A stretch of DNA of 15,993 bases, taken from assembly GCA_031364845.1 (NCBI GenBank), contig JANLWX010000195.1, positions 1 to 15,993 of the forward strand, given 5' to 3'. The translations under genes and the position numbers were made by a program. The notes under the pieces are model-generated. The model was not told the origin of the DNA, did no database searches, and worked only from the letters and a program-made list of their open reading frames with translations. This DNA is from Candidatus Eiseniibacteriota bacterium. Its GTDB lineage: Bacteria; Eisenbacteria; RBG-16-71-46. This document shows, one piece after another, positions 8,622-15,853 of this stretch (its first letter is position 1; every line of letters starts with the position of its first letter).

Positions 8622-9398
8622 ATGTACACGATCGATCTGTCGGGCAAGCACGCGCTCGTGATGGGTGTCGCCAACCATCGCAGCCTGTCGTGGGCGATCG
8701 CCCAGCACCTGCACCAGGCTGGTGCGACCCTGTGCCTCACGTATCAGGGCGAGCGCTTGAAGTCGATGGTCGAGGAACTCGCGAAGCCGCTCGGCAACGT
8801 CGAGCTGATCGAGTGCGACGTCACGAACGATGCGCAGATCGACGCGGTGGCAAGCATGCTCGGCGAGCGCTGGGGCTCGATCGAAATGCTGGTGCACGGA
8901 GTCGCGTTCGCGCGCAAGGAAGACCTCGAGAGCGCGTTCGTCTCGACACCGCGCGAAGGCTTCCAGCTTGCGCTCGAGATCAGCGCGTACTCGCTGCTCA
9001 ACGTGACGAATCGCGTGCTGCCACTGCTCGAGAAGAACGGCGCGAGCATCGTGTCGCTCACTTACCTTGCGGCCGAGCGCGCGGTGCCTTCGTACAACGT
9101 GATGGGCAGCGCCAAGGCGGTGCTCGAGCAGGCGACGCGCCAGCTCGCGTTCGAACTCGGCCCCAAGAACATTCGAGTGAACGCGATTTCGGCGGGACCG
9201 GTGAGCACGCTCGCCGCGCGCGGGATCCACGGCTTCACCGACATGCTCAAGAAGCACGCGGAGAAGGCCCCGCTCAAGCGCAATATCACCAAAGACGAGG
9301 TCGGCAAGACCGGCTTGTTCCTGCTGTCGGACATGTCGAGCGGCATCACCGGCGAAGTGACGATGGTGGATGCGGGCTACAGCATCATGGCGTGGTAA
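8622..9398 (+). CDS. fabI: Enoyl-[acyl-carrier-protein] reductase (NADH) FabI
   Basis: GVANHRSLSWAIA, ISAYSL, catalytic YNVMGSAK, IRVNAISAGP.TLAARGI, GITGE..VDAG. GAGAGG RBS; 30 bp after the APC gene. Confidence 0.95.
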   Translation: MYTIDLSGKHALVMGVANHRSLSWAIAQHLHQAGATLCLTYQGERLKSMVEELAKPLGNVELIECDVTNDAQIDAVASMLGERWGSIEMLVHGVAFARKEDLESAFVSTPREGFQLALEISAYSLLNVTNRVLPLLEKNGASIVSLTYLAAERAVPSYNVMGSAKAVLEQATRQLAFELGPKNIRVNAISAGPVSTLAARGIHGFTDMLKKHAEKAPLKRNITKDEVGKTGLFLLSDMSSGITGEVTMVDAGYSIMAW

Positions 9399-9399
9399 A

Positions 9400-9445
9400 G
9401 CATGGTCCGCGAAGCGGACCATGCAGTCTTTGATCTTGTCTTTCT
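9400..9445. terminator. Probable bidirectional intrinsic terminator between fabI and the convergent small gene
   Basis: Perfect 11-bp stem gcatggtccgc-GAA-gcggaccatgc (9400-9424), followed by T-rich agtctttgatcttgtctttctg on + and by TTT on -. Confidence 0.7.
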
Positions 9446-9477
9446 GTTCAGCGGGAGCTCGGCCCTTTCCGCAGAGC

Positions 9478-9759
9478 TCAGTCCGCCGACCGCTTGCCGT
9501 CCCGCTCGCGATCCGAAAAATCCTCCGACGAAGCCGGATCCAGCTCCCAGCGATGCTCGTCGCGCTGTGCCCGTTTCTCGACCGTGTGCAGCGGCTCGGC
9601 GTCTCCGTAGTTCACGCCGACCTCCTCGCCCATCTCATCGACGACATTGGAGTCGGGCAGCGGGCTCGATTCGTCGCCGGTCTCGTCGCCGAGGTCCTGC
9701 TTCTGGTTTTGATCGATCAGCAGCCGTTTCTCACGCGGGTCGAGTTCGCGATGCGCCAT
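9478..9759 (-). CDS. Small acidic protein, DUF6335-like
   Basis: 93 aa with an AGGAG RBS before ATG 9759. The motif PD.NVVDEMGEEVGV.Y.D.EPL...EK..QRDEHRWELDPASSEDF resembles DUF6335 family C-termini as I recall them; no search was run. Confidence 0.75.
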   Translation of the reverse strand: MAHRELDPREKRLLIDQNQKQDLGDETGDESSPLPDSNVVDEMGEEVGVNYGDAEPLHTVEKRAQRDEHRWELDPASSEDFSDRERDGKRSAD

Positions 9760-9831
9760 GATGTCTCTCCTCTTGACGGGTGATGTGAGCAGTCCTGATG
9801 TGACGGACGGCCTCCGTTGCAAGAGGTTTGA

Positions 9832-9846
9832 GCAAGTCGCGTTCCA
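9832..9846 (-). promoter_or_regulatory. Sigma54 (-24/-12) promoter candidate for the DUF6335-like gene
   Basis: TGGAACG-CGAC-TTGC differs from the consensus TGGCACG-N4-TTGC at one position and lies 72 nt upstream of the ATG. Confidence 0.7.
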
Positions 9847-9951
9847 CGCGTGATGTGTGGAAACAGCCCGCCAAATGCTCTTCCTGTGTCCTGAAGTGTT
9901 CGTCGCGTAATGAACGGACGGCGTTCTTACAACGCGACTCCACGAACGATC

Positions 9952-11352
9952 TCAAGCCGCCGGCGGTTCGACAGCATCCTCGGGGTCCAGCGCCGCCGTC
10001 GCCGGATCGACCTTCACCCGCTCGAGCGCGCCGCGCATCCGGTGGCGCACGCGCAGGACCAGCAACACCGAGACCGCCGCGAGCCCGGCGACGAACCCCC
10101 ACCACAGTCCGACGACGCCGGCGTTCATGCGGAAGCCGAGCCACAGGCTCACGGGCATGCCGACCAGCCAGAACGCGAGCACGTTGATGAGCATCGGCGC
10201 TCGCGTGTCACCGACGCCGCGCAGGATGCCGGCCGACACGACCTGAATGCCGTCGAACACCTGGAACACGCCGGCGATCGGAATCAGCGTCGCCGCCACG
10301 GCGGCCACACCGGGTGACGAGGTGTAGATGCCCGCGATCACCCCGGGCAGCGTGAGCATTGCGGTCGCGGTCAGCAGCATGAAGGCGATCCCGCACGCGA
10401 GTGCCGTGCTCGCGACGCGGCGCGCGTGCAGCGGATCGTTGGCGCCGACCGCGTGCCCGACCAGTACCGCGGCGGCACTGCCGACACCCATCGGCACCAT
10501 GAACGTGAGCGAGGCGAAGTTGATCGCGATCTGGTGCCCGGCGATCGCCTCGGCGCCGAACCAGCCTGCGAGCAGCGCGATCACCGCGAAAGCGCCAAAC
10601 TCGAGTGAGATCTGGACCCCGATCGGAGTTCCGATTGCGAGTGTGCGCATCAATGGCCCGCGCTGGAACGACTCCGGCCGCCACGGTATGAAGTAGCGCC
10701 GCAGATCACCCCACGACATCGCGAGCAGCAGCATCACCATCACGTAGCGGCCGATGGTGCTGCCGAGTGCCGAGCCCACCGCACCCATCGCGGGCGCGCC
10801 GAGATTGCCGAACACGAACACCCAATTGAGTGCCGCGTTCACGAGATTGGCGACAATCATGGTGATGAGCACCGGGCGCATCTTCTTCATCGATTGAAGC
10901 GCCAGCCGCAGCACCATCCACGCGAAGAACGCCGGCACGCCCGGCGCCGACATGAGCGCAAACCCCGCGGCGCGCGGCACGACCTCGGGCGGCTGGCGGA
11001 ACGCGCGCAGGATCGGCTCGGCGGGCAGGCACAGCAGTGCGACGGGAACGCTGATGATCAGGGCGAGCACCATGCCGCGCTGCAGCCCGCGCGCGATCGC
11101 GGGTTCGTCACGCGCGCCGAACGCCTGCGAGACGATGGGATCGATCGCCATCAGCGTGCCCATACCGAACATGGTGAGACCGAAGTAGTAGAGGTTCCCG
11201 ATCGCGGCCGCCGCGAGTTCGGTCGCCGACACATGGCCAACGATGATCGTGTCGACGACGCTTATCATCATCAGGCCGACCTGCACCACGACGATGGGAA
11301 GCGCGAGCTTGAGCAGCGCTCGGAAATCGCTGATTGAGGGGACCGGGAGCAT
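9952..11352 (-). CDS. MATE family efflux transporter (NorM-like)
   Basis: LALPIV, VDTIIVGHVS..ELAAAAIG, PIVSQAFGA, N..LNWVFVFG.LGAP.MG..G, AGHQIA, FQVFDGIQVV..GILRG.GDT. Start is ATG 11352 (11394 less likely). Confidence 0.92.
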   Translation of the reverse strand: MLPVPSISDFRALLKLALPIVVVQVGLMMISVVDTIIVGHVSATELAAAAIGNLYYFGLTMFGMGTLMAIDPIVSQAFGARDEPAIARGLQRGMVLALIISVPVALLCLPAEPILRAFRQPPEVVPRAAGFALMSAPGVPAFFAWMVLRLALQSMKKMRPVLITMIVANLVNAALNWVFVFGNLGAPAMGAVGSALGSTIGRYVMVMLLLAMSWGDLRRYFIPWRPESFQRGPLMRTLAIGTPIGVQISLEFGAFAVIALLAGWFGAEAIAGHQIAINFASLTFMVPMGVGSAAAVLVGHAVGANDPLHARRVASTALACGIAFMLLTATAMLTLPGVIAGIYTSSPGVAAVAATLIPIAGVFQVFDGIQVVSAGILRGVGDTRAPMLINVLAFWLVGMPVSLWLGFRMNAGVVGLWWGFVAGLAAVSVLLVLRVRHRMRGALERVKVDPATAALDPEDAVEPPAA

Positions 11353-11428
11353 CGGGGACAGATACACGACCAGGCCGCTATCGCCAAAGAGCATTGTGGC
11401 GCAAGTGCGCGGCGCCAGGTTCCAGTGG

Positions 11429-13012
11429 CTAGAACCGGCTGGTCAGCCTCAACTCCACCCCGCGGAACGGCTCCACGATGTAGCACGTCCCCGCAGTGCA
11501 CGCGGGGCCGCCTCGGCGCTCGCCGGCGAACAGCGTCGCATCGTGGTGCTCGCCGAGCCGGGCGCTCGCGACCACACTGGTGAAGATGTTCGGCTCCACC
11601 TCGGGCGTGTCGTAGTCGTCGGGATCTTCGACGTCGGGATCCGTGCTGCGCTCCAATGCGAACGCGACGCTCCCCCAGTCCGCGCGCGAGACTCCGACCA
11701 CGGCGTAGCGGTCCCGGTAGTGCGCGACCGGGCGGCCGAAGAAGTCGATGCGTTGCGCTTCGAGCCATTCGAGGTCGACATTGGCCGACCACTCCCCCAG
11801 AAAGCGCACGGTCGCCGCGGTCCCGGCGATCGTTCGATCGGACACCGAGGCGCTGAGGAACTCGTCCTTGCCGCGCGCCCAGAACGCGGTGCCTTCGAAG
11901 CGATCCCATCCGCGCGGGGCGACATGCAGTTCCCCATAGCGCTCCTCCAACCGCACCGGCTTGCCGCTACGTCCGTCGGCACGCGTCGAGTTGAGGGTGA
12001 GCGTGCCCCACGCGGGCAGCGTATATGAACCTTCCAGCTGGAATCCCTCCTCACGATCGGCGAGCAGGAAGTGCGTGCTGCGGTTGAGCAGATAATACGA
12101 ATGCTCGCGCACCAGCGAAGGCGGATCGTTCGAGCCGAGTCGGAAGGCGCGGTAGTCCTTCCATTCGGCGGATAAGGCCGCGGGCCCCCAAACGAGATTC
12201 GCACCCGCGTAAACGGCGGCGGTGTCGCCATCGGACACACCGATTCCCCATTCGCGCCCCCAGTCGGCGTTCTGCCGGGCGACCTCCGCGTAGATCGGCA
12301 ACTGCACCGAACGGATGCCGGCGAGCCGCAGCGGATCGACCTCGATGAACGTCGAGCCGAACTCCTTCTGGCCTTCGCCCTCACCCGACAGTCGCGCGTA
12401 GGCGAGCCCGATCTTCGCCTCGCGCCACACGGTTCCCACGACCTGCGCGCCGCTCACGAGCCCGCGATAGAGTTCGAAGTCGGGCAACAGCTTGATCGCC
12501 GAGGGCGCGTACTCGCCGCTGTTGGGACGTCCGCTGAAAGCGCGCGCCGCGATCGGTCCCAGGCGCCCCTCCACCAACACTCCGTCGAGGTCGCGCGAAG
12601 GCGAATAGCGCGCGGGCGCCAGCGTCTGATCGAGGATCACGCCGGGAAGCTGGAACGAGCGATGGATCAGTCCGCGTCCGAGGATGGTGTAGAAGTTTCC
12701 GACCCGCGCGCGCGCATGATCGTCGTTCCATTCGGCATAGCGCTGGGTGATCGCGTCGTATCCCGGTTCGAACACCTGCGATTCGTAGCCCTGATGGTAC
12801 GACTCGAAGCGCAATCCGAGCCTCACCGACGACAGCGTGTAGTCGAGATCGAGCAGATCGTAGATCTCATTTCGGTTCTTGGGCAGCTCGGGCCGGAACG
12901 GATTAGTTCCAACGCGTGCCTCGATCAGGTTAGTGAGCGCCAGTTGCGCGGACGCAGGAATGGTCCACGCGATCGCCAGGAGCGCGATCGCGATCACGGC
13001 CGCCGCGCGCAT
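11429..13012 (-). CDS. DUF6029-like outer-membrane beta-barrel protein with C-terminal CxxGxC motif
   Basis: Signal peptide; RVGNFYTILGRGLI; alternating beta-strand pattern; C-terminus GERRGGPACTAGTCYIVEPFRGVELRLTSRF ending in Phe. Its ATG overlaps the TlpA stop (TGATG). Family is recognised from memory. Confidence 0.75.
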   Translation of the reverse strand: MRAAAVIAIALLAIAWTIPASAQLALTNLIEARVGTNPFRPELPKNRNEIYDLLDLDYTLSSVRLGLRFESYHQGYESQVFEPGYDAITQRYAEWNDDHARARVGNFYTILGRGLIHRSFQLPGVILDQTLAPARYSPSRDLDGVLVEGRLGPIAARAFSGRPNSGEYAPSAIKLLPDFELYRGLVSGAQVVGTVWREAKIGLAYARLSGEGEGQKEFGSTFIEVDPLRLAGIRSVQLPIYAEVARQNADWGREWGIGVSDGDTAAVYAGANLVWGPAALSAEWKDYRAFRLGSNDPPSLVREHSYYLLNRSTHFLLADREEGFQLEGSYTLPAWGTLTLNSTRADGRSGKPVRLEERYGELHVAPRGWDRFEGTAFWARGKDEFLSASVSDRTIAGTAATVRFLGEWSANVDLEWLEAQRIDFFGRPVAHYRDRYAVVGVSRADWGSVAFALERSTDPDVEDPDDYDTPEVEPNIFTSVVASARLGEHHDATLFAGERRGGPACTAGTCYIVEPFRGVELRLTSRF

Positions 13013-13617
13013 CAACGGGCAGTGCCGGGCGTCGAGTCTGCGGGGGCGGCTTCGGCCGGGGTTTCCGCGCTCGGAGCCGGCACCGCGGGCAACAGTTTCG
13101 CGATCGCCGCGCGCAGGCGTGACCCTTCACCGGGACGAAAGCCCTGCGTCACGTGGACGATGGTGCCCGCGGTGTCGATCAACACGGTCATCGGCATCGC
13201 GCGCACCTGATACTTCTGCTGCATGTTGCCGTCCTCGTCGAGCGCTATGGGATACGTGATGCCCTGGCGCGCGACGAACGGCCGGACCTTGGAGAAGTTG
13301 CGGGGTCCGTCAGTCGAGACGCCGATCACCGTGAGCCCGCGCGGGGCATACTCTTCGTGGATCCGCTGGAGTTCCGGAATCGCGGCGAGGCACGGCTTGC
13401 ACCACGTCGCCCAGAAGTCGAGCAACACGGGCCCCTGGCCACGCAACGCCACGAGATCGAGCCGGACCCCGCTCACGCTCTCGAGCTGGAAACCCGGTGC
13501 GCGCGCGTGCGCGAGTTCGGCGGCGGCGCGCGCGGGCATCGCGAACCAGGAGACCGTCGCCAGAGCGATCAGCAGTCCGGCGCGAGCTGTCGACAGGAGA
13601 TGCGAGGAGGCGCTCAT
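13012..13617 (-). CDS. TlpA/ResA-family thiol-disulfide oxidoreductase, exported
   Basis: Signal/anchor peptide, VLLDFWATWCKPC, VIGVSTD, YPIALD, and cis-Pro region YQVRAMPMTVLID. Confidence 0.9.
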   Translation of the reverse strand: MSASSHLLSTARAGLLIALATVSWFAMPARAAAELAHARAPGFQLESVSGVRLDLVALRGQGPVLLDFWATWCKPCLAAIPELQRIHEEYAPRGLTVIGVSTDGPRNFSKVRPFVARQGITYPIALDEDGNMQQKYQVRAMPMTVLIDTAGTIVHVTQGFRPGEGSRLRAAIAKLLPAVPAPSAETPAEAAPADSTPGTAR

Positions 13618-13735
13618 TGAACCCTCACGAACGATCGGATAACAGGTCTTCGGTGCTGATGGGTTGAAGCCCCATCGAGCTGAAACGGAGATCCATGGTG
13701 GAGACGTGGATGAAGCCCTGAGCCGCCCGGGTTCC
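13618..13735 (-). other. Structured intercistronic element
   Basis: Closing stem gaaccc/gggttc, inner stems cagg/cctg and cttc/gaag, and hairpins atcca/tggat and gatggg/cccatc. Confidence 0.4.
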
Positions 13736-14602
13736 CTATTGCACCCGCACGAGCCTGCGGCTCAGGACGGCGGCGCCAATCCGGGCGCGCACCAGATAAA
13801 TTCCCGCCGGCATCGCGGACCCGCTGGAGGCTCTCCCATCCCAGCGCAGCCGCGTGGTTCCGGCGGCGGCGGTGCCATCGAGCAAGGTCGCGATCTGGCG
13901 ACCCTCGAGATCATGCACGGTAACCACTGCGCGCGCCCCGCTCGTCCCGGGGTTTGAGAGCGCGATCTCCGCGTCATCGCGGAACGGATTCGGGCTCGCG
14001 CCGAGCGCAAGGCCGCGCGCGAGCGGCGCATCGTCGACGGCGGCCGTAATCGTGATCAGCGAGTCGATGCAGGCACGGATCTCGTTCAGCCGATAGCGGC
14101 TGCCGTGCGCGTACTTCAAGGTGTTGAGGCGCACGATGCCCTTTTTGTTGATGACGACATGCACATCGTTCGGCCCGTACAGCGTGCCCATGTTGCCGAG
14201 GCCCGATGTGGGATCGCTGGCCCTGAGCAACAGAGGATACGTAGCCCCGGTGCTGGATTGGAACGTGCGCAGCTGGGCTGCGGTTCCGTTGTAGTGATCC
14301 GCGCCGATCACCACGACCTGGCCCGGGAAGTTCTGGGTGTAGTAATCATGAATGTCCTGTTCGACTGAGGGCCCATCCGCAAGGCACACCGAACAGTTGT
14401 AGCCGAGCATGAACAGGAACACGACCTTGCCCGAATAGTCCGACAGCGAGCGGGGTGTGGTTTGATTGAGGCCTGGCGAGTCGAGTTGGTTCTTGGTGAA
14501 CGCGGGTGCAGGCTGGCCTTCGGCCACGGCGGCACCCGCCTCGGGCGCAAGCGCTCCGAGTGCGGCGACCAGCATTAGTTTCGCAACGATTCCCTGGGTC
14601 AC
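13736..14602 (-). CDS. Secreted thioredoxin-fold (AhpC/TSA/TlpA-like) CxxC protein with C-terminal FlgD-Ig/T9SS-CTD-like domain
   Basis: GTG start at 14602 with a GGGAGGG RBS; signal peptide; GQPAPAFT...SLSDYSGKVVFLFMLGYNCSVC; YPLL; VVINKKGIVR; then SPNPF...DLEGRQIATL...LRWDGR..SG..MPAGIYLVR. Confidence 0.82.
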   Translation of the reverse strand: MTQGIVAKLMLVAALGALAPEAGAAVAEGQPAPAFTKNQLDSPGLNQTTPRSLSDYSGKVVFLFMLGYNCSVCLADGPSVEQDIHDYYTQNFPGQVVVIGADHYNGTAAQLRTFQSSTGATYPLLLRASDPTSGLGNMGTLYGPNDVHVVINKKGIVRLNTLKYAHGSRYRLNEIRACIDSLITITAAVDDAPLARGLALGASPNPFRDDAEIALSNPGTSGARAVVTVHDLEGRQIATLLDGTAAAGTTRLRWDGRASSGSAMPAGIYLVRARIGAAVLSRRLVRVQ

Positions 14603-14657
14603 AATCCCTCCCCTCACTCGAGCTACGCGGCGACTCCCCGATCGGATCAAAACGTCC

Positions 14658-14703
14658 CGGGTGATGCTGATCTGCAACGGGTGATCCGACTCGACTACGG
14701 GTG
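14658..14703. repeat. Three CGGGTG direct repeats at exact 20-bp spacing in a divergent intergenic region
   Basis: cgggtgat at 14658 and 14678; cgggtgcg at 14698. Confidence 0.45.
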
Positions 14704-14821
14704 CGACGACCCGGCGTGACTCACGGGGACTCCCGCGCATTCGCCCCGAAACCCATGCCGGCCCGCACCGTTGGCCCCCGCAGCGGGGTCTTCGATGCCC
14801 CGGGAATAGTTCCTCCGCTGC

Positions 14822-14836
14822 TGGCGTAATTCCTGC
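14822..14836 (+). promoter_or_regulatory. Sigma54 (-24/-12) promoter candidate for the 14888 gene
   Basis: TGGCGTAATTCCTGC has exact GG-N10-GC spacing and lies 51 nt upstream of the ATG. Confidence 0.5.
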
Positions 14837-14887
14837 GATCTGACGCGGGTAGGACCCGACCCGCGTGGCTTACCCCAGGAGGAAGTC

Positions 14888-15823
14888 ATGAACGCCCGAA
14901 ACACCCAGCATCCGGCCCGCGCACTCGCGGGCGTCCTTGCCCTCACCGCCAGCCTGGCCCTCGCGTCGGGCGCATCCGCCGACATCGAGACCCAGCGCCT
15001 GCGCACCTCGCGCAGCCACTGGAACGCCGACGGCAGCCTGGTCGACGTGCAGGTTCGCGTCGAGGGCGAGACCGTGCCGCTCTACTTCCGGCCGGGCACG
15101 TTCGATCGCCACTACTTCCAGGCGAATCGCGGGCGCAACTACTCGCTCGTGGTCCGCAACTCCACCGGTGAGCGGATCGGCGTCCTGATCGCGGTCGACG
15201 GACTGAACGTCGTCAACGGTGAACGGTCACGGCTCGGTCGTGACGAAACGATGTACGTGCTCGATCCGTGGGAGACCGCGACCATCAACGGCTGGCGGAC
15301 CTCGCTGCGCGAAGTGCGCAAGTTCGTGTTCGTCGACGAAGAGCGTTCGTATGCCGAGCGCACGGGCCAGGCGAACGGCGACCTCGGCTGGATCCGGGTG
15401 CTGTCGTTCCGCGAGAAAAATGCGCAGCTCGGCTGGGGACGGATTCGCGGCGACCGCAATCAGCGCGACGACCGCGACGACTACCGTGACGAGTACGGTG
15501 CGCGTGAGTTGGATGCTCCGGCGCCGGAGAGTGCGGCACCTCCGATGGCGGGCAACGAGCGCAAGTCCGTCGGCGATGCGAGCGCGCGGCGCCAGTACAG
15601 TGGTTCCGAGTCCGAAAGCAATCCGGGAACGGGCTGGGGCGAACGCCGGCAGGACGTGGTGCGCGAGACCGAGTTCAACGCGGCGCGCAGCGCGACGGAT
15701 CACCTGGTGATGCGCTACGAATACCTTGCCGGACTGCAGGCGATCGGAATCTTCCCGCAGCGCCACCGGCTGTGGGACCGCGAGCGCGGCCAGCTCGGCT
15801 TCTCGCGCCCTCCGCGGCGGTAG
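14888..15823 (+). CDS. Secreted conserved hypothetical protein
   Basis: Strong AGGAGG RBS and a signal peptide ending ASA. The core NYSLVVRN.TGERIGVLIAVDGLNVVNGE...YVL.P.....INGWR.S..EVRKF.F...SYAERTG...G.I and GTGWGE...F resembles an uncharacterised family I recall from Proteobacteria. Confidence 0.8.
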   Translation: MNARNTQHPARALAGVLALTASLALASGASADIETQRLRTSRSHWNADGSLVDVQVRVEGETVPLYFRPGTFDRHYFQANRGRNYSLVVRNSTGERIGVLIAVDGLNVVNGERSRLGRDETMYVLDPWETATINGWRTSLREVRKFVFVDEERSYAERTGQANGDLGWIRVLSFREKNAQLGWGRIRGDRNQRDDRDDYRDEYGARELDAPAPESAAPPMAGNERKSVGDASARRQYSGSESESNPGTGWGERRQDVVRETEFNAARSATDHLVMRYEYLAGLQAIGIFPQRHRLWDRERGQLGFSRPPRR

Positions 15824-15853
15824 GCTTCGTTCGGCAGCGCGAAGTAGGCAGGA

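Noticed and set aside
7245..9422. 725-aa antisense ORF, and similar long shadow ORFs at 1922-3577, 3936-5645, 159-1208 and 262-1842
   Set aside because: They overlap well-supported genes, are Arg/Ala/His-rich without motifs, and are expected from high-GC codon bias.
9941..13636. Identical 11-mer cacgaacgatc in two intergenic regions (9941 and 13626)
   Set aside because: Too short to exclude chance, and the similarity does not extend.
13656..13686. CTGATGG...GAAAC resembling a hammerhead ribozyme core
   Set aside because: The core requires CUGANGA, stem II is poor, and no stem I/III with a cleavage triplet could be formed.
13012..14602. Possible selenocysteine in the redox proteins
   Set aside because: Both active sites are CxxC in uninterrupted ORFs, with no in-frame TGA at catalytic positions.
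13618..14717. Periodic short motifs considered as a degenerate CRISPR array
   Set aside because: The repeats are only 6-8 bp and there are no cas genes in the window.
14603..14740. N-terminal extension of the redoxin ORF
   Set aside because: The RBS and signal peptide point to GTG 14602, and the extension covers the putative regulatory repeats.
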